Sequence record: NC_054917.1
Source: Escherichia phage vB_EcoM_G50
Length of the DNA: 64,000 nucleotides
Direction: 5' to 3' (one strand)
The notes beneath the pieces are model-generated. The model was not told where the DNA came from and made no database searches. It saw only the letters and a list, made by a program, of their open reading frames with translations. The position numbers and the translations under genes are program-made. Below, one piece after another: positions 7,585 through 19,632 of this stretch (position 1 is its first letter; the number at the start of each line of letters is the position of its first letter).

Positions 7585-7640
7585 ATAGGGTAATAGTATC
7601 ACAACTAAAACCCTATGTAAACAACTTTGTGAAATATTTA
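7585..7640 (-). promoter_or_regulatory. sigma70-type early promoter module (copy 2)
   Basis: Minus strand tttcacaaagttGTTTACatagggttttagttgTGaTACTATTaccctat; inverted repeat TAGGGT/ACCCTA brackets the -10. Confidence 0.5.
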
Positions 7641-7928
7641 TTACAAAAGATTTTTAGCAATAATCTTGAGATGTGCCGCAGAAATGTGTTTAGCTTTAAA
7701 CAACGCAGTTTCTTCAGCAGGAGAGATAATGATTGTAGCACCATCCTTTTTAGCAGACCACCCATCACCTAGGTAAACAGTACCTTTGATTTCTTCGCCA
7801 TCAACCAAACTAATCATTGGTTTACCTTCTCGTCCTTTATTTGCTTTAATAACTTCAGAAGTAAGAGTAGCTTCAGTAATAGTAGAAACCGGGGTAGTTG
7901 TAGAAGTAAATTCTTTGAAAGTTTTCAT
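7641..7928 (-). CDS. ipI: internal protein I (IPI) precursor
   Basis: 95-aa product MKTFKEFTSTTTPVSTITEATLTSEVIKANKGREGKPMISLVDGEEIKG... matches recalled T4 IPI. Confidence 0.85.
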   Translation of the reverse strand: MKTFKEFTSTTTPVSTITEATLTSEVIKANKGREGKPMISLVDGEEIKGTVYLGDGWSAKKDGATIIISPAEETALFKAKHISAAHLKIIAKNLL

Positions 7929-7944
7929 TTTATTTTCCTAATTA

Positions 7945-8000
7945 ATTTTGATGAGATAATAGTATCACTACCTCATCAACGTGTAAACAACTTTGTGAAA
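7945..8000 (-). promoter_or_regulatory. sigma70-type early promoter module (copy 3)
   Basis: Minus strand tttcacaaagttGTTTACacgttgatgaggtagTGaTACTATTatctcatcaa; inverted repeat TTGATGAG/CTCATCAA brackets the -10. Confidence 0.5.
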
Positions 8001-8697
<697 letters not shown>

Positions 8698-8698
<1 letters not shown>

Positions 8699-9411
8699 TA
8701 TAGTACCTTTAGTGTATTTTTAATTTTAGAAAAAAGTTCTTCAAGAGAACCATCGTTTGTAATTACTAAATCGCCATCACGAATTGGCAATCCAGCTTCT
8801 GTAATATGAGTATCATTGGATTTTTGACCAGGACGAACTACATGAATTACTGTAGCACCCATCGCCCTAGCCGCATCCATTTCATGATCTTGACGAGTAT
8901 CAGGAACGATATAATAATCATAACCTGAGTTAAATTTATCAAGATAATCTAAAGCAAATAATTTTACCCAATACATGCGGTCGAAGTTATTAACAATCAA
9001 ATCCGTACCTAGGGCTTGCATCAGACGACGGACTGACCATTGATCTTCAATATTATTTATAACGTCAGCAATCTTGTTAAATGCTACGAAATTAACTGCG
9101 TCATCAAAAACAAACACACCTTTAATTGGGCTTTTACTATTAAGATAGCAAAATGCTTGTTCCATAATCGTAATTACTTCTAATTTAGTCAGATTTAAAT
9201 TAGTCTCACGATCATAGTCAATTCCTTCAAACTCTTTACGAGTTAAGCAAGGATAGTCAGTGTTTGCTGCAAATACACCCCATGCATAAGCCAATGCATC
9301 CTTAATAGGACCAGCAAGTTGATATTTAACTGCAGAATAATTATTCATAATAAAATCTGCAGTAGTATCTTTTCCACTACGCTTTACACCACTTAAAAAG
9401 ATTAGTTTCAT
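8698..9411 (-). CDS. 1: deoxynucleoside monophosphate kinase gp1
   Basis: MKLIFLSGVKRSGKDTTADFI... P-loop GxxxxGK[ST]; T4 gene order. Confidence 0.9.
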
Positions 9412-9460
9412 ATGTTTCTCCTCAAATTTAGTTAAGATTATAACACATGAAACTGAAGCA

Positions 9461-9991
9461 TTAAACTTCTGCTATAATTTTGCCATCTTTTTCTACTTGA
9501 AAATACGTATAAGGAATCGTTGCTGTGCATACTAAGGCTGGGTCTGAATCTTCCGTGTAGCTAAATTCTACTTCAGACAGGTCAGAAACCCAAGGCTTAT
9601 AAAAATTTATTGACATCACGATTTCAGTTTTACTATTATCTAAAATGTAAAGCGTAATGTATTCAGGACCTGTTTTTTGGGCAGTATTTTCGCCTGTAAG
9701 ATAGTTACTAGTTCCTAGCATCCATTCATACATTCCTATCCACGACTTAAGCTCTTCATCAACTATAAATCTCACGATGAGTGGGTCGTACTCAAATGTA
9801 ACACCTGGACGTTGTGCTCGGCCTAGTCCAAACGGCCCAGTCACGGTATCAGTAACAGGTATCCTAATTCCTGGAATAGGAACTGACTGAGCATTTAAAG
9901 TAAAAGCAGATGTAGTATTACTATGCGGTATTGATACTACAAAGTTAGTTGTATTTGCTTGGTTAAAAATTTGTTGTAGTGCTTGCGACAT
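9461..9991 (-). CDS. 3: tail completion/sheath stabiliser gp3
   Basis: 176 aa as in T4; position 1-3-2-4. Confidence 0.8.
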   Translation of the reverse strand: MSQALQQIFNQANTTNFVVSIPHSNTTSAFTLNAQSVPIPGIRIPVTDTVTGPFGLGRAQRPGVTFEYDPLIVRFIVDEELKSWIGMYEWMLGTSNYLTGENTAQKTGPEYITLYILDNSKTEIVMSINFYKPWVSDLSEVEFSYTEDSDPALVCTATIPYTYFQVEKDGKIIAEV

Positions 9992-10097
9992 ATATTCCTC
10001 ATAATGCTTTATAAGTGTTGGTGGTATAATGGGTCTAAGTCCCTTCTATTCAATTCCAATTAGAACAAACAATAGAAAAGAATGGAAGATAATAGAA

Positions 10098-10922
10098 TTA
10101 GATATTTGACCAGACTTTGTTTGCAGAGAAACGTTTTCCTTTTGAAACGAACTGCTGAAGTGGCATTAATACAACGTTCGCCCAGTCTTTCGGGGCGATT
10201 TCAACAAGGCTACCCATGATATTACCAGGTATATATGCCTTAATCATTTGGTCTGCACCCCTAAATCCTTTCACTTGACTCCAATCAATTTTTAATTTCG
10301 TTTTATTAGTAATAGTAGGTGTATTTGAATATTGCTTTAAAAGCTCTTCTAGAAATTGCTGACGAGCTTTAGGTGGAATATAGTGCAAGTTCAATCCGTA
10401 CATTAAATTATGTTTACCTAAACCAAGGTAAATTATCAAAGGAAATTTATCCCAGTAAGGAAGAGTTTCCTTGTGTTTAGCATCATAAGCAAAAGCATAT
10501 ATTCGTCCCGGCTGCGGGCGAACAACTTTATGTCCTTTTACTTGCTTAATAGTTTCAGCAAACCACTTTCTGGTTTTATTATTAATTGCTGCACCTTCAT
10601 TACGAATTTTATCACGCAATGTTTGTCTGAATGAATTTATCATAAGCAGTTGTCTTTCTTGCTTATTGAGTTTATTCATTGGTTTTGATTCAAGCTTTTG
10701 AATCTTTTCAGCCGTTTTAATTCCTGAAGCATATTTTGACATTGCCGAAGTAAACGTAGAGTATTTGATTCCTCTTTCTTCAGCAAATTGCTTTCCTGTC
10801 ATTCCTTTTGCTTTGGCCTTTCTGTATTCAAGACCTATCTGAATCCATTTCTTTTCGTTTAATGATTGCTTAACCTTTGGAACTTGGGGAGTGCTTTCAT
10901 TAATTATTTGAAAAATAGCCAT
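10098..10922 (-). CDS. 2: DNA end protector gp2
   Basis: 274 aa as in T4; basic, lysine-rich. Confidence 0.8.
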   Translation of the reverse strand: MAIFQIINESTPQVPKVKQSLNEKKWIQIGLEYRKAKAKGMTGKQFAEERGIKYSTFTSAMSKYASGIKTAEKIQKLESKPMNKLNKQERQLLMINSFRQTLRDKIRNEGAAINNKTRKWFAETIKQVKGHKVVRPQPGRIYAFAYDAKHKETLPYWDKFPLIIYLGLGKHNLMYGLNLHYIPPKARQQFLEELLKQYSNTPTITNKTKLKIDWSQVKGFRGADQMIKAYIPGNIMGSLVEIAPKDWANVVLMPLQQFVSKGKRFSANKVWSNI

Positions 10923-11374
10923 TATGCCCCCTTAAAGCCAAGAGCTCGTAATCCATCTTCTGTTAGAATTCTAAATTTTATTCCACGCTTTTCAGCTAAA
11001 GATTGTGCTGCTTTCCATTTGTCAGTATTAACGGAATATGTATAAATTTCATTCATAAATCTTTTCTTCGCTGCGGTTGTTAGATGTGCTGGTTTAACTG
11101 GTGGTTGTGTTTCTTTTTTAGGTTTTATTTCAATAAAAAATTCTTGTCCAGAAGAATCTTTCATCCAAATATCCATGAAGTATCTACGTTTTTTCCCTTC
11201 TGCATTACAAAAATAAGGAATTACTGCTGTTTCACTACCCCATGCAATAATTTCTGGATTTTTATCTAACCATTCAAAAAAGAATTTTTCCCAATTTGAT
11301 CTATACGTAATTTTTTTAGGGTCACCTCTGTATTTTGATATATTTTTAGGAACCCATTTTCCAGAATATGCCAT
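10922..11374 (-). CDS. 4: head completion protein gp4
   Basis: 150 aa as in T4; stop/start overlap with gene 2. Confidence 0.8.
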   Translation of the reverse strand: MAYSGKWVPKNISKYRGDPKKITYRSNWEKFFFEWLDKNPEIIAWGSETAVIPYFCNAEGKKRRYFMDIWMKDSSGQEFFIEIKPKKETQPPVKPAHLTTAAKKRFMNEIYTYSVNTDKWKAAQSLAEKRGIKFRILTEDGLRALGFKGA

Positions 11375-11385
11375 TGGATTCTCCT

Positions 11386-11393
11386 TATAAATA
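11386..11393 (+). promoter_or_regulatory. T4 late promoter TATAAATA (for gene 53)
   Basis: Exact TATAAATA about 30 nt upstream of ATG at 11422. Confidence 0.6.
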
Positions 11394-11400
11394 GATAATA

Positions 11401-11408
11401 TATTTATA
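11401..11408 (-). promoter_or_regulatory. T4 late promoter TATAAATA (for gene 4)
   Basis: Plus-strand tatttata; divergent from and interleaved with the gene 53 promoter. Confidence 0.55.
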
Positions 11409-11421
11409 AACAGGAGGGCCC

Positions 11422-12012
11422 ATGCTCTTTACATTTTTTGATCCGATTGAATATGCGGCCAAAACGGTGAATAAAAACGCGCCGACTATTCCTATGACAG
11501 ATATTTTTAGAAACTATAAAGACTATTTCAAACGCGCTCTTGCGGGATACCGCTTACGTACTTATTATATTAAAGGTTCACCACGCCCGGAAGAATTAGC
11601 AAATGCTATATATGGAAATCCGCAGTTGTATTGGGTTTTATTGATGTGTAATGATAATTATGATCCGTATTATGGATGGATTACTTCACAAGAAGCTGCT
11701 TATCAAGCATCTATACAAAAATACAAAAACGTAGGTGGAGACCAAATAGTATATCATGTGAATGAGAATGGTGAAAAATTTTATAATTTAATATCATACG
11801 ATGATAATCCATATGTTTGGTATGACAAAGGTGATAAAGCTAGAAAATATCCTCAATATGAAGGAGCACTTGCTGCGGTCGATACGTATGAAGCTGCTGT
11901 TCTTGAAAATGAAAAACTTCGTCAAATAAAAATAATAGCAAAATCAGACATCAATTCATTTATGAACGACCTTATACGTATAATGGAGAAATCTTATGGA
12001 AATGATAAGTAA
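11422..12012 (+). CDS. 53: baseplate wedge protein gp53
   Basis: 196 aa as in T4; immediately upstream of gene 5. Confidence 0.85.
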   Translation: MLFTFFDPIEYAAKTVNKNAPTIPMTDIFRNYKDYFKRALAGYRLRTYYIKGSPRPEELANAIYGNPQLYWVLLMCNDNYDPYYGWITSQEAAYQASIQKYKNVGGDQIVYHVNENGEKFYNLISYDDNPYVWYDKGDKARKYPQYEGALAAVDTYEAAVLENEKLRQIKIIAKSDINSFMNDLIRIMEKSYGNDK

Positions 12013-13723
12013 TAACCTTAATTGGTTTGTTGGTGTTGTTGAAGATAGAATGGACCCATTAAAATTAGGTCGTGTTCGTGTTCGTGTAGTTGGTCTGCAT
12101 CCACCTCAAAGAGCACAAGGCGACGTAATGGGTATTCCAACTGATAAATTACCATGGATGTCAGTTATTCAACCTATAACTTCTGCAGCAATGTCTGGAA
12201 TTGGAGGCTCCGTTACTGGTCCGGTAGAAGGAACTAGAGTTTATGGTCATTTTTTAGACAAATGGAAAACTAACGGAATTGTTCTTGGCACGTACGGTGG
12301 AATAGTTCGCGAAAAACCTAATAGACTTGAAGGATTTTCTGACCCGACTGGACAGTATCCTAGACGTCTAGGAAATGATACTAACGTATTAAACCAAGGC
12401 GGAGAAGTAGGATATGATTCGTCTTCTAATATTATCCAAGATAGTAATCTAGACACTGCGATAAATCCCGATGATAGACCGCTATCAGAGATTCCAACTG
12501 ATGATAATCCAAATATGTCAATGGCTGAAATGCTTCGCCGTGATGAAGGATTAAGACTAAAAGTTTATTGGGATACTGAAGGATATCCGACAATTGGCAT
12601 TGGTCATCTTATCATGAAGCAACCAGTTCGTGATATGACCCAAATTAATAAAGTTTTATCAAAACAAGTTGGTCGCGAAATTACTGGAAATCCAGGTTCT
12701 ATTACAATGGAAGAAGCGGTAACTTTATTTGAGCGTGATTTGGCTGATATGCAACGTGACATTAAATCACATTCTAAAGTTGGCCCAGTTTGGCAAGCAG
12801 TTAATCGTTCTCGTCAAATGGCATTAGAAAATATGGCATTTCAGATGGGCGTTGGCGGTGTAGCTAAATTTAACACAATGTTAACTGCTATGTTAGCCGG
12901 AGATTGGGAAAAGGCATATAAAGCTGGTCGTGATTCACTGTGGTATCAACAAACAAAAGGCCGTGCATCCCGTGTTACCATGATTATTCTTACCGGGAAT
13001 TTGGAATCATACGGTATTGAAGTTAAAACACCAGCTAGGTCTTTGTCGGCAATGGCTGCTACTGTAGCAAAGTCTTCTGATCCAGCTGACCCTCCTATTC
13101 CGAATGATTCGAGAATTTTATTTAAAGAACCTGTTTCTTCATATAAAGGTGAATATCCGTATGTTCACACAATGGAAACTGAAAGCGGTCATATTCAGGA
13201 ATTTGACGATACCCCGGGACAAGAACGATACAGATTAGTTCATCCGACTGGAACATATGAGGAAGTATCACCGTCAGGAAGAAGAACAAGAAAAACTGTT
13301 GATAATTTGTATGATATAACAAATGCTGATGGTAATTTTTTGGTAGCCGGTGATAAAAAGACTAACGTCGGTGGATCAGAAATTTATTACAACATGGATA
13401 ATCGTCTTCACCAAATAGATGGAAGCAATACAATATTTGTGCGTGGCGATGAAACTAAGACAGTTGAAGGTAATGGAACTATCCTAGTCAAAGGTAATGT
13501 TACTATTGTAGTTGAAGGTAATGCTGACATTACAGTTAAAGGAGATGCTACCACTTTAGTTGAAGGAAATCAGACTAATACAGTAAATGGAAATCTTTCT
13601 TGGAAAGTTGCTGGTACAGTTGATTGGGACGTTGGTGGCGATTGGACAGAAAAAATGGCATCTATGAGTTCTATTTCATCTGGTCAATACACAATTGATG
13701 GATCGAGGATTGACATTGGCTAA
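11996..13723 (+). CDS. 5: baseplate hub / cell-puncturing protein gp5 with lysozyme domain
   Basis: 575 aa; MEMISNNLNWFVGVVED...; lysozyme domain (EGLRLKVYWDTEGYPTIGIGH); C-terminal VxGxxxxx beta-helix repeats; matches recalled T4 gp5. Confidence 0.95.
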   Translation: MEMISNNLNWFVGVVEDRMDPLKLGRVRVRVVGLHPPQRAQGDVMGIPTDKLPWMSVIQPITSAAMSGIGGSVTGPVEGTRVYGHFLDKWKTNGIVLGTYGGIVREKPNRLEGFSDPTGQYPRRLGNDTNVLNQGGEVGYDSSSNIIQDSNLDTAINPDDRPLSEIPTDDNPNMSMAEMLRRDEGLRLKVYWDTEGYPTIGIGHLIMKQPVRDMTQINKVLSKQVGREITGNPGSITMEEAVTLFERDLADMQRDIKSHSKVGPVWQAVNRSRQMALENMAFQMGVGGVAKFNTMLTAMLAGDWEKAYKAGRDSLWYQQTKGRASRVTMIILTGNLESYGIEVKTPARSLSAMAATVAKSSDPADPPIPNDSRILFKEPVSSYKGEYPYVHTMETESGHIQEFDDTPGQERYRLVHPTGTYEEVSPSGRRTRKTVDNLYDITNADGNFLVAGDKKTNVGGSEIYYNMDNRLHQIDGSNTIFVRGDETKTVEGNGTILVKGNVTIVVEGNADITVKGDATTLVEGNQTNTVNGNLSWKVAGTVDWDVGGDWTEKMASMSSISSGQYTIDGSRIDIG

Positions 13724-14252
13724 TATACTTCCAATGAGCGCTGATTTAGGAGAATCCATGGAAGGTTCTTCTATCGACGTCACCTTTACCGCTCAATTAG
13801 AAACAGGTGAAACGTTAGTATCTATAAATATAACTAGTTACGAAGAAACTCCTGGGGTTTTAGTAGAAGAAAATCGTTTATATGGAACGTATGAATCTGT
13901 ATTTGGATTTGGAAATGATGCGTTGAAATATCGTTTAGATAATGAATTTAAAACTGCTGCTTCATGGGAAGACCTTCCAACTGATTCTAATACTCAGTTA
14001 TATCTATGGAAAGCTCCTCAAAACCTCCAGAAGACATTCACTTACGAAGTAACATTAATATATGACTACCAAGAACAAAGTGAATCTGGAGGTTCTGGCA
14101 GTAATTCTAGGTCATCTTCTGATACTACTGAACCAACGAATCCTCCAGCTCCAATAAGAAAAACTCTTGTTAAAAATTATACAAAAACTATAGTTGGAAA
14201 TTGGAGTCGTTGGGCTAATAAATTGAGAAGCTATGTGTATGAGAGGCCATAA
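13695..14252 (+). CDS. hypothetical protein, T4 5.1-like
   Basis: ORF between genes 5 and 5.4; true start may be the ATG near 13734. Confidence 0.55.
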
Positions 14253-14546
14253 ATGTCAGGATTAAGTTACGATAAGTGTGTTACTGCTGGTCATGAAGCG
14301 TGGCCTCCAACGGTTGTGAATGCCACACAAAGTAAAGTATTCACTGGAGGAATTGCTGTTCTCGTGGCAGGTGATCCAATTACAGAACATACAGAAATTA
14401 AAAAGCCATATGAAACACATGGCGGAGTGACACAACCTAGAACTTCTAAGGTATATGTCACTGGAAAGAAAGCTGTTCAAATGGCTGATCCAATATCATG
14501 CGGTGATACTGTGGCTCAGGCATCATCTAAAGTATTCATTAAATAG
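14253..14546 (+). CDS. 5.4: PAAR-repeat spike tip protein gp5.4
   Basis: 97 aa; position and size as T4 gp5.4. Confidence 0.8.
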
Positions 14547-14554
14547 GATTTAAA

Positions 14555-16537
14555 ATGGCAAATACCCCTGTAAATTATCAATTAACAAGAACAGCAAATG
14601 CTATTCCCGAGATATTCGTCGGGGGCACATTTGCTGAAATAAAACAAAACCTCATTGAATGGCTTAATGGTCAAAATGAATTTTTGGATTATGATTTTGA
14701 AGGCTCAAGATTAAACGTTTTGTGTGACCTTTTGGCTTATAATACACTGTACATCCAGCAGTTTGGTAATGCTGCCGTGTATGAAAGCTTTATGCGTACT
14801 GCTAACTTACGTAGTTCAGTAGTTCAAGCGGCACAAGATAATGGATATTTACCTACTTCAAAATCAGCTGCTCAAACTGAAATTATGCTAACTTGTACAG
14901 ACGCATTGAATAGAAATTACATTACTATTCCTCGTGGTACTCGCTTTTTAGCATATGCAAAGGATACTTCTGTTAATCCTTATAACTTTGTATCTACCGA
15001 AGATGTTATTGCTATTCGCGATAAAAATAACCAATATTTTCCGCGTTTAAAGCTGGCTCAAGGACGTATAGTAAGAACTGAAATCATTTATGATAAATTA
15101 ATACCTATTATCATTTATGACAAAAATATAGATAGAAACCAAGTTAAGCTGTATGTTGATGGAGCAGAATGGATTAACTGGACAAGAAAGTCAATGGTTC
15201 ATGCTGGTTCTACATCAACAATTTACTACATGCGTGAAACTATTGATGGAAATACTGAATTTTATTTTGGTGAAGGTGAGATTTCTGTTAACGCGGCAGA
15301 AGGAGCATTGACCGCTAATTATATTGGAGGTCTTAAACCTACTCAGAACTCTACGATTGTTATTGAGTACATCAGTACTAATGGTGCAGATGCGAATGGC
15401 GCAGTCGGATTTTCATACGCAGATACATTAACAAATATAACTGTCATCAACATTAATGAAAATCCAAACGATGACCCAGATTTTGTTGGGGCAGATGGCG
15501 GCGGTGACCCAGAAGATATTGAACGTATTCGCGAATTGGGTACTATTAAACGTGAAACCCAGCAACGATGCGTAACTGCGACTGACTATGATACATTCGT
15601 TTCAGAGAGATTTGGTTCTATTATTCAAGCAGTTCAGACTTTCACTGATTCTACTAAACCTGGTTATGCATTTATTGCTGCTAAACCTAAATCAGGTCTG
15701 TATTTAACTACTGTACAACGCGAAGATATTAAAAATTATCTCAAAGACTATAATTTAGCTCCTATTACGCCATCAATTATTTCTCCTAATTATCTTTTTA
15801 TTAAGACTAATTTAAAAGTCACATATGCTTTAAATAAGCTACAAGAATCCGAACAGTGGCTCGAAGGTCAAATAATTGATAAAATTGATCGTTATTATAC
15901 CGAAGATGTAGAAATTTTTAACTCATCTTTCGCTAAATCTAAGATGTTGACATATGTAGATGATGCAGATCATTCTATCATTGGCTCATCGGCGACAATT
16001 CAAATAGTACGTGAAGTACAAAACTTCTATAAAACGCCTGAAGCGGGTATTAAATACAATAATCAAATAAAAGATCGTTCTATGGAATCTAATACGTTTT
16101 CATTTAATTCTGGACGAAAGGTTGTAAATCCTGATACTGGTTTAGAAGAAGATGTATTATATGACGTTCGTATAGTATCAACAGACCGAGATTCTAAAGG
16201 AATTGGTAAAGTTATTATTGGTCCATTTGCTTCTGGCGATGTTACAGAAAATGAAAACATTCAGCCGTATACAGGCAACGATTTTAACAAATTAGCAAAT
16301 TCTGATGGACGCGACAAATACTATGTTATCGGTGAAATAAATTATCCAGCTGATGTGATTTACTGGAATATCGCTAAAATTAATTTAACATCTGAAAAAT
16401 TTGAAGTTCAGACTATTGAATTATATTCTGACCCAACCGATGATGTTATCTTTACTCGCGATGGTTCACTGATTGTATTTGAAAATGACTTACGTCCACA
16501 ATACTTAACTATCGATTTGGAGCCTATATCACAATGA
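14555..16537 (+). CDS. 6: baseplate wedge protein gp6
   Basis: 660 aa as in T4; gene order. Confidence 0.9.
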   Translation: MANTPVNYQLTRTANAIPEIFVGGTFAEIKQNLIEWLNGQNEFLDYDFEGSRLNVLCDLLAYNTLYIQQFGNAAVYESFMRTANLRSSVVQAAQDNGYLPTSKSAAQTEIMLTCTDALNRNYITIPRGTRFLAYAKDTSVNPYNFVSTEDVIAIRDKNNQYFPRLKLAQGRIVRTEIIYDKLIPIIIYDKNIDRNQVKLYVDGAEWINWTRKSMVHAGSTSTIYYMRETIDGNTEFYFGEGEISVNAAEGALTANYIGGLKPTQNSTIVIEYISTNGADANGAVGFSYADTLTNITVININENPNDDPDFVGADGGGDPEDIERIRELGTIKRETQQRCVTATDYDTFVSERFGSIIQAVQTFTDSTKPGYAFIAAKPKSGLYLTTVQREDIKNYLKDYNLAPITPSIISPNYLFIKTNLKVTYALNKLQESEQWLEGQIIDKIDRYYTEDVEIFNSSFAKSKMLTYVDDADHSIIGSSATIQIVREVQNFYKTPEAGIKYNNQIKDRSMESNTFSFNSGRKVVNPDTGLEEDVLYDVRIVSTDRDSKGIGKVIIGPFASGDVTENENIQPYTGNDFNKLANSDGRDKYYVIGEINYPADVIYWNIAKINLTSEKFEVQTIELYSDPTDDVIFTRDGSLIVFENDLRPQYLTIDLEPISQ

Positions 16538-19500
16538 CAGTAAAAGCACCTTCAGTCACTAGTCTCAGAATTTCCAAGTTATCCGCAAATCAGGTGCAAG
16601 TACGCTGGGATGACGTTGGTGCTAATTTCTACTATTTTGTAGAAATCGCTGAGACAAAAACAAACTCGGGGGAAAATCTCCCGAGTAATCAATACAGATG
16701 GATTAACTTAGGATATACTGCAAATAACAGCTTCTTTTTTGATGATGCTGACCCATTGACATCATACGTTATTAGAGTAGCTACAGCTGCGCAAGATTTT
16801 GAGCAGTCTGATTGGATTTATACCGAAGAGTTTGAAACTTTTGCTACAAATGCTTATACATTTCAAAACATGATTGAAATGCAATTAGCCAATAAATTCA
16901 TTCAGGAAAAATTTACTCTTAATAATTCTGATTATGTTAATTTTAATAATGACACTATAATGGCTGCATTGATGAATGAATCGTTCCAATTCAGCCCGTC
17001 ATATGTTGATGTTTCATCAATAAGTAATTTTATTATTGGTGAAAATGAGTATCATGAAATACAAGGTTCTATTCAGCAAGTATGTAAGGATATTAACCGA
17101 GTTTATTTGATGGAATCAGAAGGGATTCTATATCTTTTTGAGCGTTATCAACCTGTAGTTAAAGTATCCAATGATAAAGGACAAACCTGGAAAGCTGTAA
17201 AGCTCTTCAATGACCGTGTAGGATATCCTTTATCTAAGACAGTATATTACCAATCTGCGAACACAACATACGTTCTAGGATACGACAAGATTTTCTATGG
17301 CCGCAAATCTACTGATGTTAGATGGTCAGCTGATGATGTCAGATTTAGTTCGCAGGATATAACATTCGCTAAACTCGGCGACCAATTACATCTAGGATTT
17401 GATGTAGAAATTTTTGCCACTTACGCGACTTTACCGGCTAATGTATACCGTATTGCAGAAGCTATTACTTGCACCGATGATTACATTTACGTTGTCGCTA
17501 GAGACAAAGTTAGATACATAAAAACGAGCAATGCACCTATAGATTCTGATCCATTATCTCCAACATATTCGGAAAGACTTTTTGAACCTGATACTATGAC
17601 TATAACCGGAAATCCTAAAGCAGTATGCTATAAAATGGATTCTGTCGGTGATAAAGTTTTTGCTCTTATTATTGGCGAAGTTGAAACATTAAATGCTAAT
17701 CCTAGAACATCAAAAATAATTGATTCTGCTGATAAAGGAATATATGTTTTAAATCATGACGCAAAAACGTGGAAAAGAGTTTTTGGCAATACTGAAGAAG
17801 AAAGAAGACGTATTCAACCGGGGTATGCGAATATGTCAACTGATGGCAAATTAGTTTCTCTATCTTCGAGTAATTTTAAATTTTTAAGTGATAACGTTGT
17901 TAATGACCCTGAAACTGCAGAAAAATATCAGTTAATCGGTGCCGTTAAATATGAATTTCCTCGTGAATGGTTAGCTGATAAACATTATCATATGATGGCA
18001 TTTATAGCGGATGAAAAGTCTGATTGGGAAACTTTTACTCCTCAGCCGATGAAATACTACGCAGAACCATTCTTTAACTGGTCTAAAAAATCTAACACGC
18101 GTTGTTGGATAAACAACTCTGATAGGGTTGTAGTAGTTTATGCTGATTTAAAATATACTAAAGTTATAGAAAACATTCCTGAAACATCACCAGATAGATT
18201 AGTTCATGAATACTGGGATGATGGCGATTGTACTATAGTAATGCCAAATGTTAAATTCACTGGATTTAAAAAATATGCATCTGGGATGCTTTTCTATAAA
18301 GCCTCTGGTGAAATAATTTCTTACTATGATTTTAACTATCGTGTTAGAGACACCGTCGAAATTATTTGGAAGCCAACTGAAGTATTTTTAAAAGCATTTT
18401 TACAAAACCAAGAGCATGAAACTCCTTGGTCGCCTGAAGAAGAGCGTGGATTAGCTGACCCTGATTTAAGACCATTGATTGGCACAATGATGCCTGATTC
18501 TTATTTGTTACAGGATTCGAATTTTGAGGCATTTTGCGAAGCATATATTCAGTATCTTTCTGATGGATATGGAACTCAGTATAACAATTTACGAAATTTA
18601 ATTCGTAACAAATATCCACGAGAAGAGCATGCATGGGAATATTTGTGGTCAGAGATATATAAAAGAAACATTTATTTAAATGCTGACAAACGCGATGCTG
18701 TTGCAAGATTTTTCGAATCACGCAGCTATGATTTTTATTCTACTAAAGGAATTGAAGCATCATACAAATTTCTTTTTAAAGTTCTTTATAATGAAGAAGT
18801 TGAAATTGAAATTGAATCTGGGGCTGGTACTGAATATGATATAATCGTTCAATCTGATTCTTTGACTGAAGACTTAGTAGGACAAACGATTTATACAGCT
18901 ACAGGAAGATGTAATGTTACTTATATAGAAAGAAGCTATTCTAATGGTAAATTGCAATGGACCGTAACTATTCATAATCTTTTGGGAAGATTAATTGCCG
19001 GTCAAGAAGTTAAAGCAGAAAGACTCCCTAGTTTCGAAGGCGAAATTATTCGTGGTGTTAAAGGAAAGGATTTGCTTCAAAATAATATAGACTATATTAA
19101 TAGAAGTCGATCATATTATGTAATGAAAATTAAATCCAATTTGCCTTCTTCCCGCTGGAAATCTGACGTTATTCGTTTTGTTCATCCAGTAGGATTTGGA
19201 TTTATAGCAATTACTCTTTTAACGATGTTTATTAATGTTGGTTTAACTCTTAAACATACAGAGACTATAATTAATAAATACAAAAACTATAAATGGGATT
19301 CTGGATTGCCTACTGAATATGCTGATAGAATAGCTAAATTGACTCCAACCGGTGAAATTGAGCATGATTCGGTAACAGGCGAAGCAATTTATGAACCTGG
19401 CCCAATGGCTGGTGTAAAATATCCTCTTCCTGATGACTATAATGCTGAAAATAATAATTCAATATTTCAAGGTCAATTGCCATCTGAACGACGTAAATTA

Positions 19501-19632
19501 ATGAGTCCTCTATTTGATGCATCTGGAACAACATTTGCACAATTTAGGGATTTAGTTAATAAACGTCTAAAAGATAATATAGGAAATCCAAGAGACCCTG
19601 AAAATCCAACACAGGTTAAAATAGATGAATGA
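16534..19632 (+). CDS. 7: baseplate wedge initiator gp7
   Basis: 1032 aa as in T4; gene order. Confidence 0.9.
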   Translation: MTVKAPSVTSLRISKLSANQVQVRWDDVGANFYYFVEIAETKTNSGENLPSNQYRWINLGYTANNSFFFDDADPLTSYVIRVATAAQDFEQSDWIYTEEFETFATNAYTFQNMIEMQLANKFIQEKFTLNNSDYVNFNNDTIMAALMNESFQFSPSYVDVSSISNFIIGENEYHEIQGSIQQVCKDINRVYLMESEGILYLFERYQPVVKVSNDKGQTWKAVKLFNDRVGYPLSKTVYYQSANTTYVLGYDKIFYGRKSTDVRWSADDVRFSSQDITFAKLGDQLHLGFDVEIFATYATLPANVYRIAEAITCTDDYIYVVARDKVRYIKTSNAPIDSDPLSPTYSERLFEPDTMTITGNPKAVCYKMDSVGDKVFALIIGEVETLNANPRTSKIIDSADKGIYVLNHDAKTWKRVFGNTEEERRRIQPGYANMSTDGKLVSLSSSNFKFLSDNVVNDPETAEKYQLIGAVKYEFPREWLADKHYHMMAFIADEKSDWETFTPQPMKYYAEPFFNWSKKSNTRCWINNSDRVVVVYADLKYTKVIENIPETSPDRLVHEYWDDGDCTIVMPNVKFTGFKKYASGMLFYKASGEIISYYDFNYRVRDTVEIIWKPTEVFLKAFLQNQEHETPWSPEEERGLADPDLRPLIGTMMPDSYLLQDSNFEAFCEAYIQYLSDGYGTQYNNLRNLIRNKYPREEHAWEYLWSEIYKRNIYLNADKRDAVARFFESRSYDFYSTKGIEASYKFLFKVLYNEEVEIEIESGAGTEYDIIVQSDSLTEDLVGQTIYTATGRCNVTYIERSYSNGKLQWTVTIHNLLGRLIAGQEVKAERLPSFEGEIIRGVKGKDLLQNNIDYINRSRSYYVMKIKSNLPSSRWKSDVIRFVHPVGFGFIAITLLTMFINVGLTLKHTETIINKYKNYKWDSGLPTEYADRIAKLTPTGEIEHDSVTGEAIYEPGPMAGVKYPLPDDYNAENNNSIFQGQLPSERRKLMSPLFDASGTTFAQFRDLVNKRLKDNIGNPRDPENPTQVKIDE

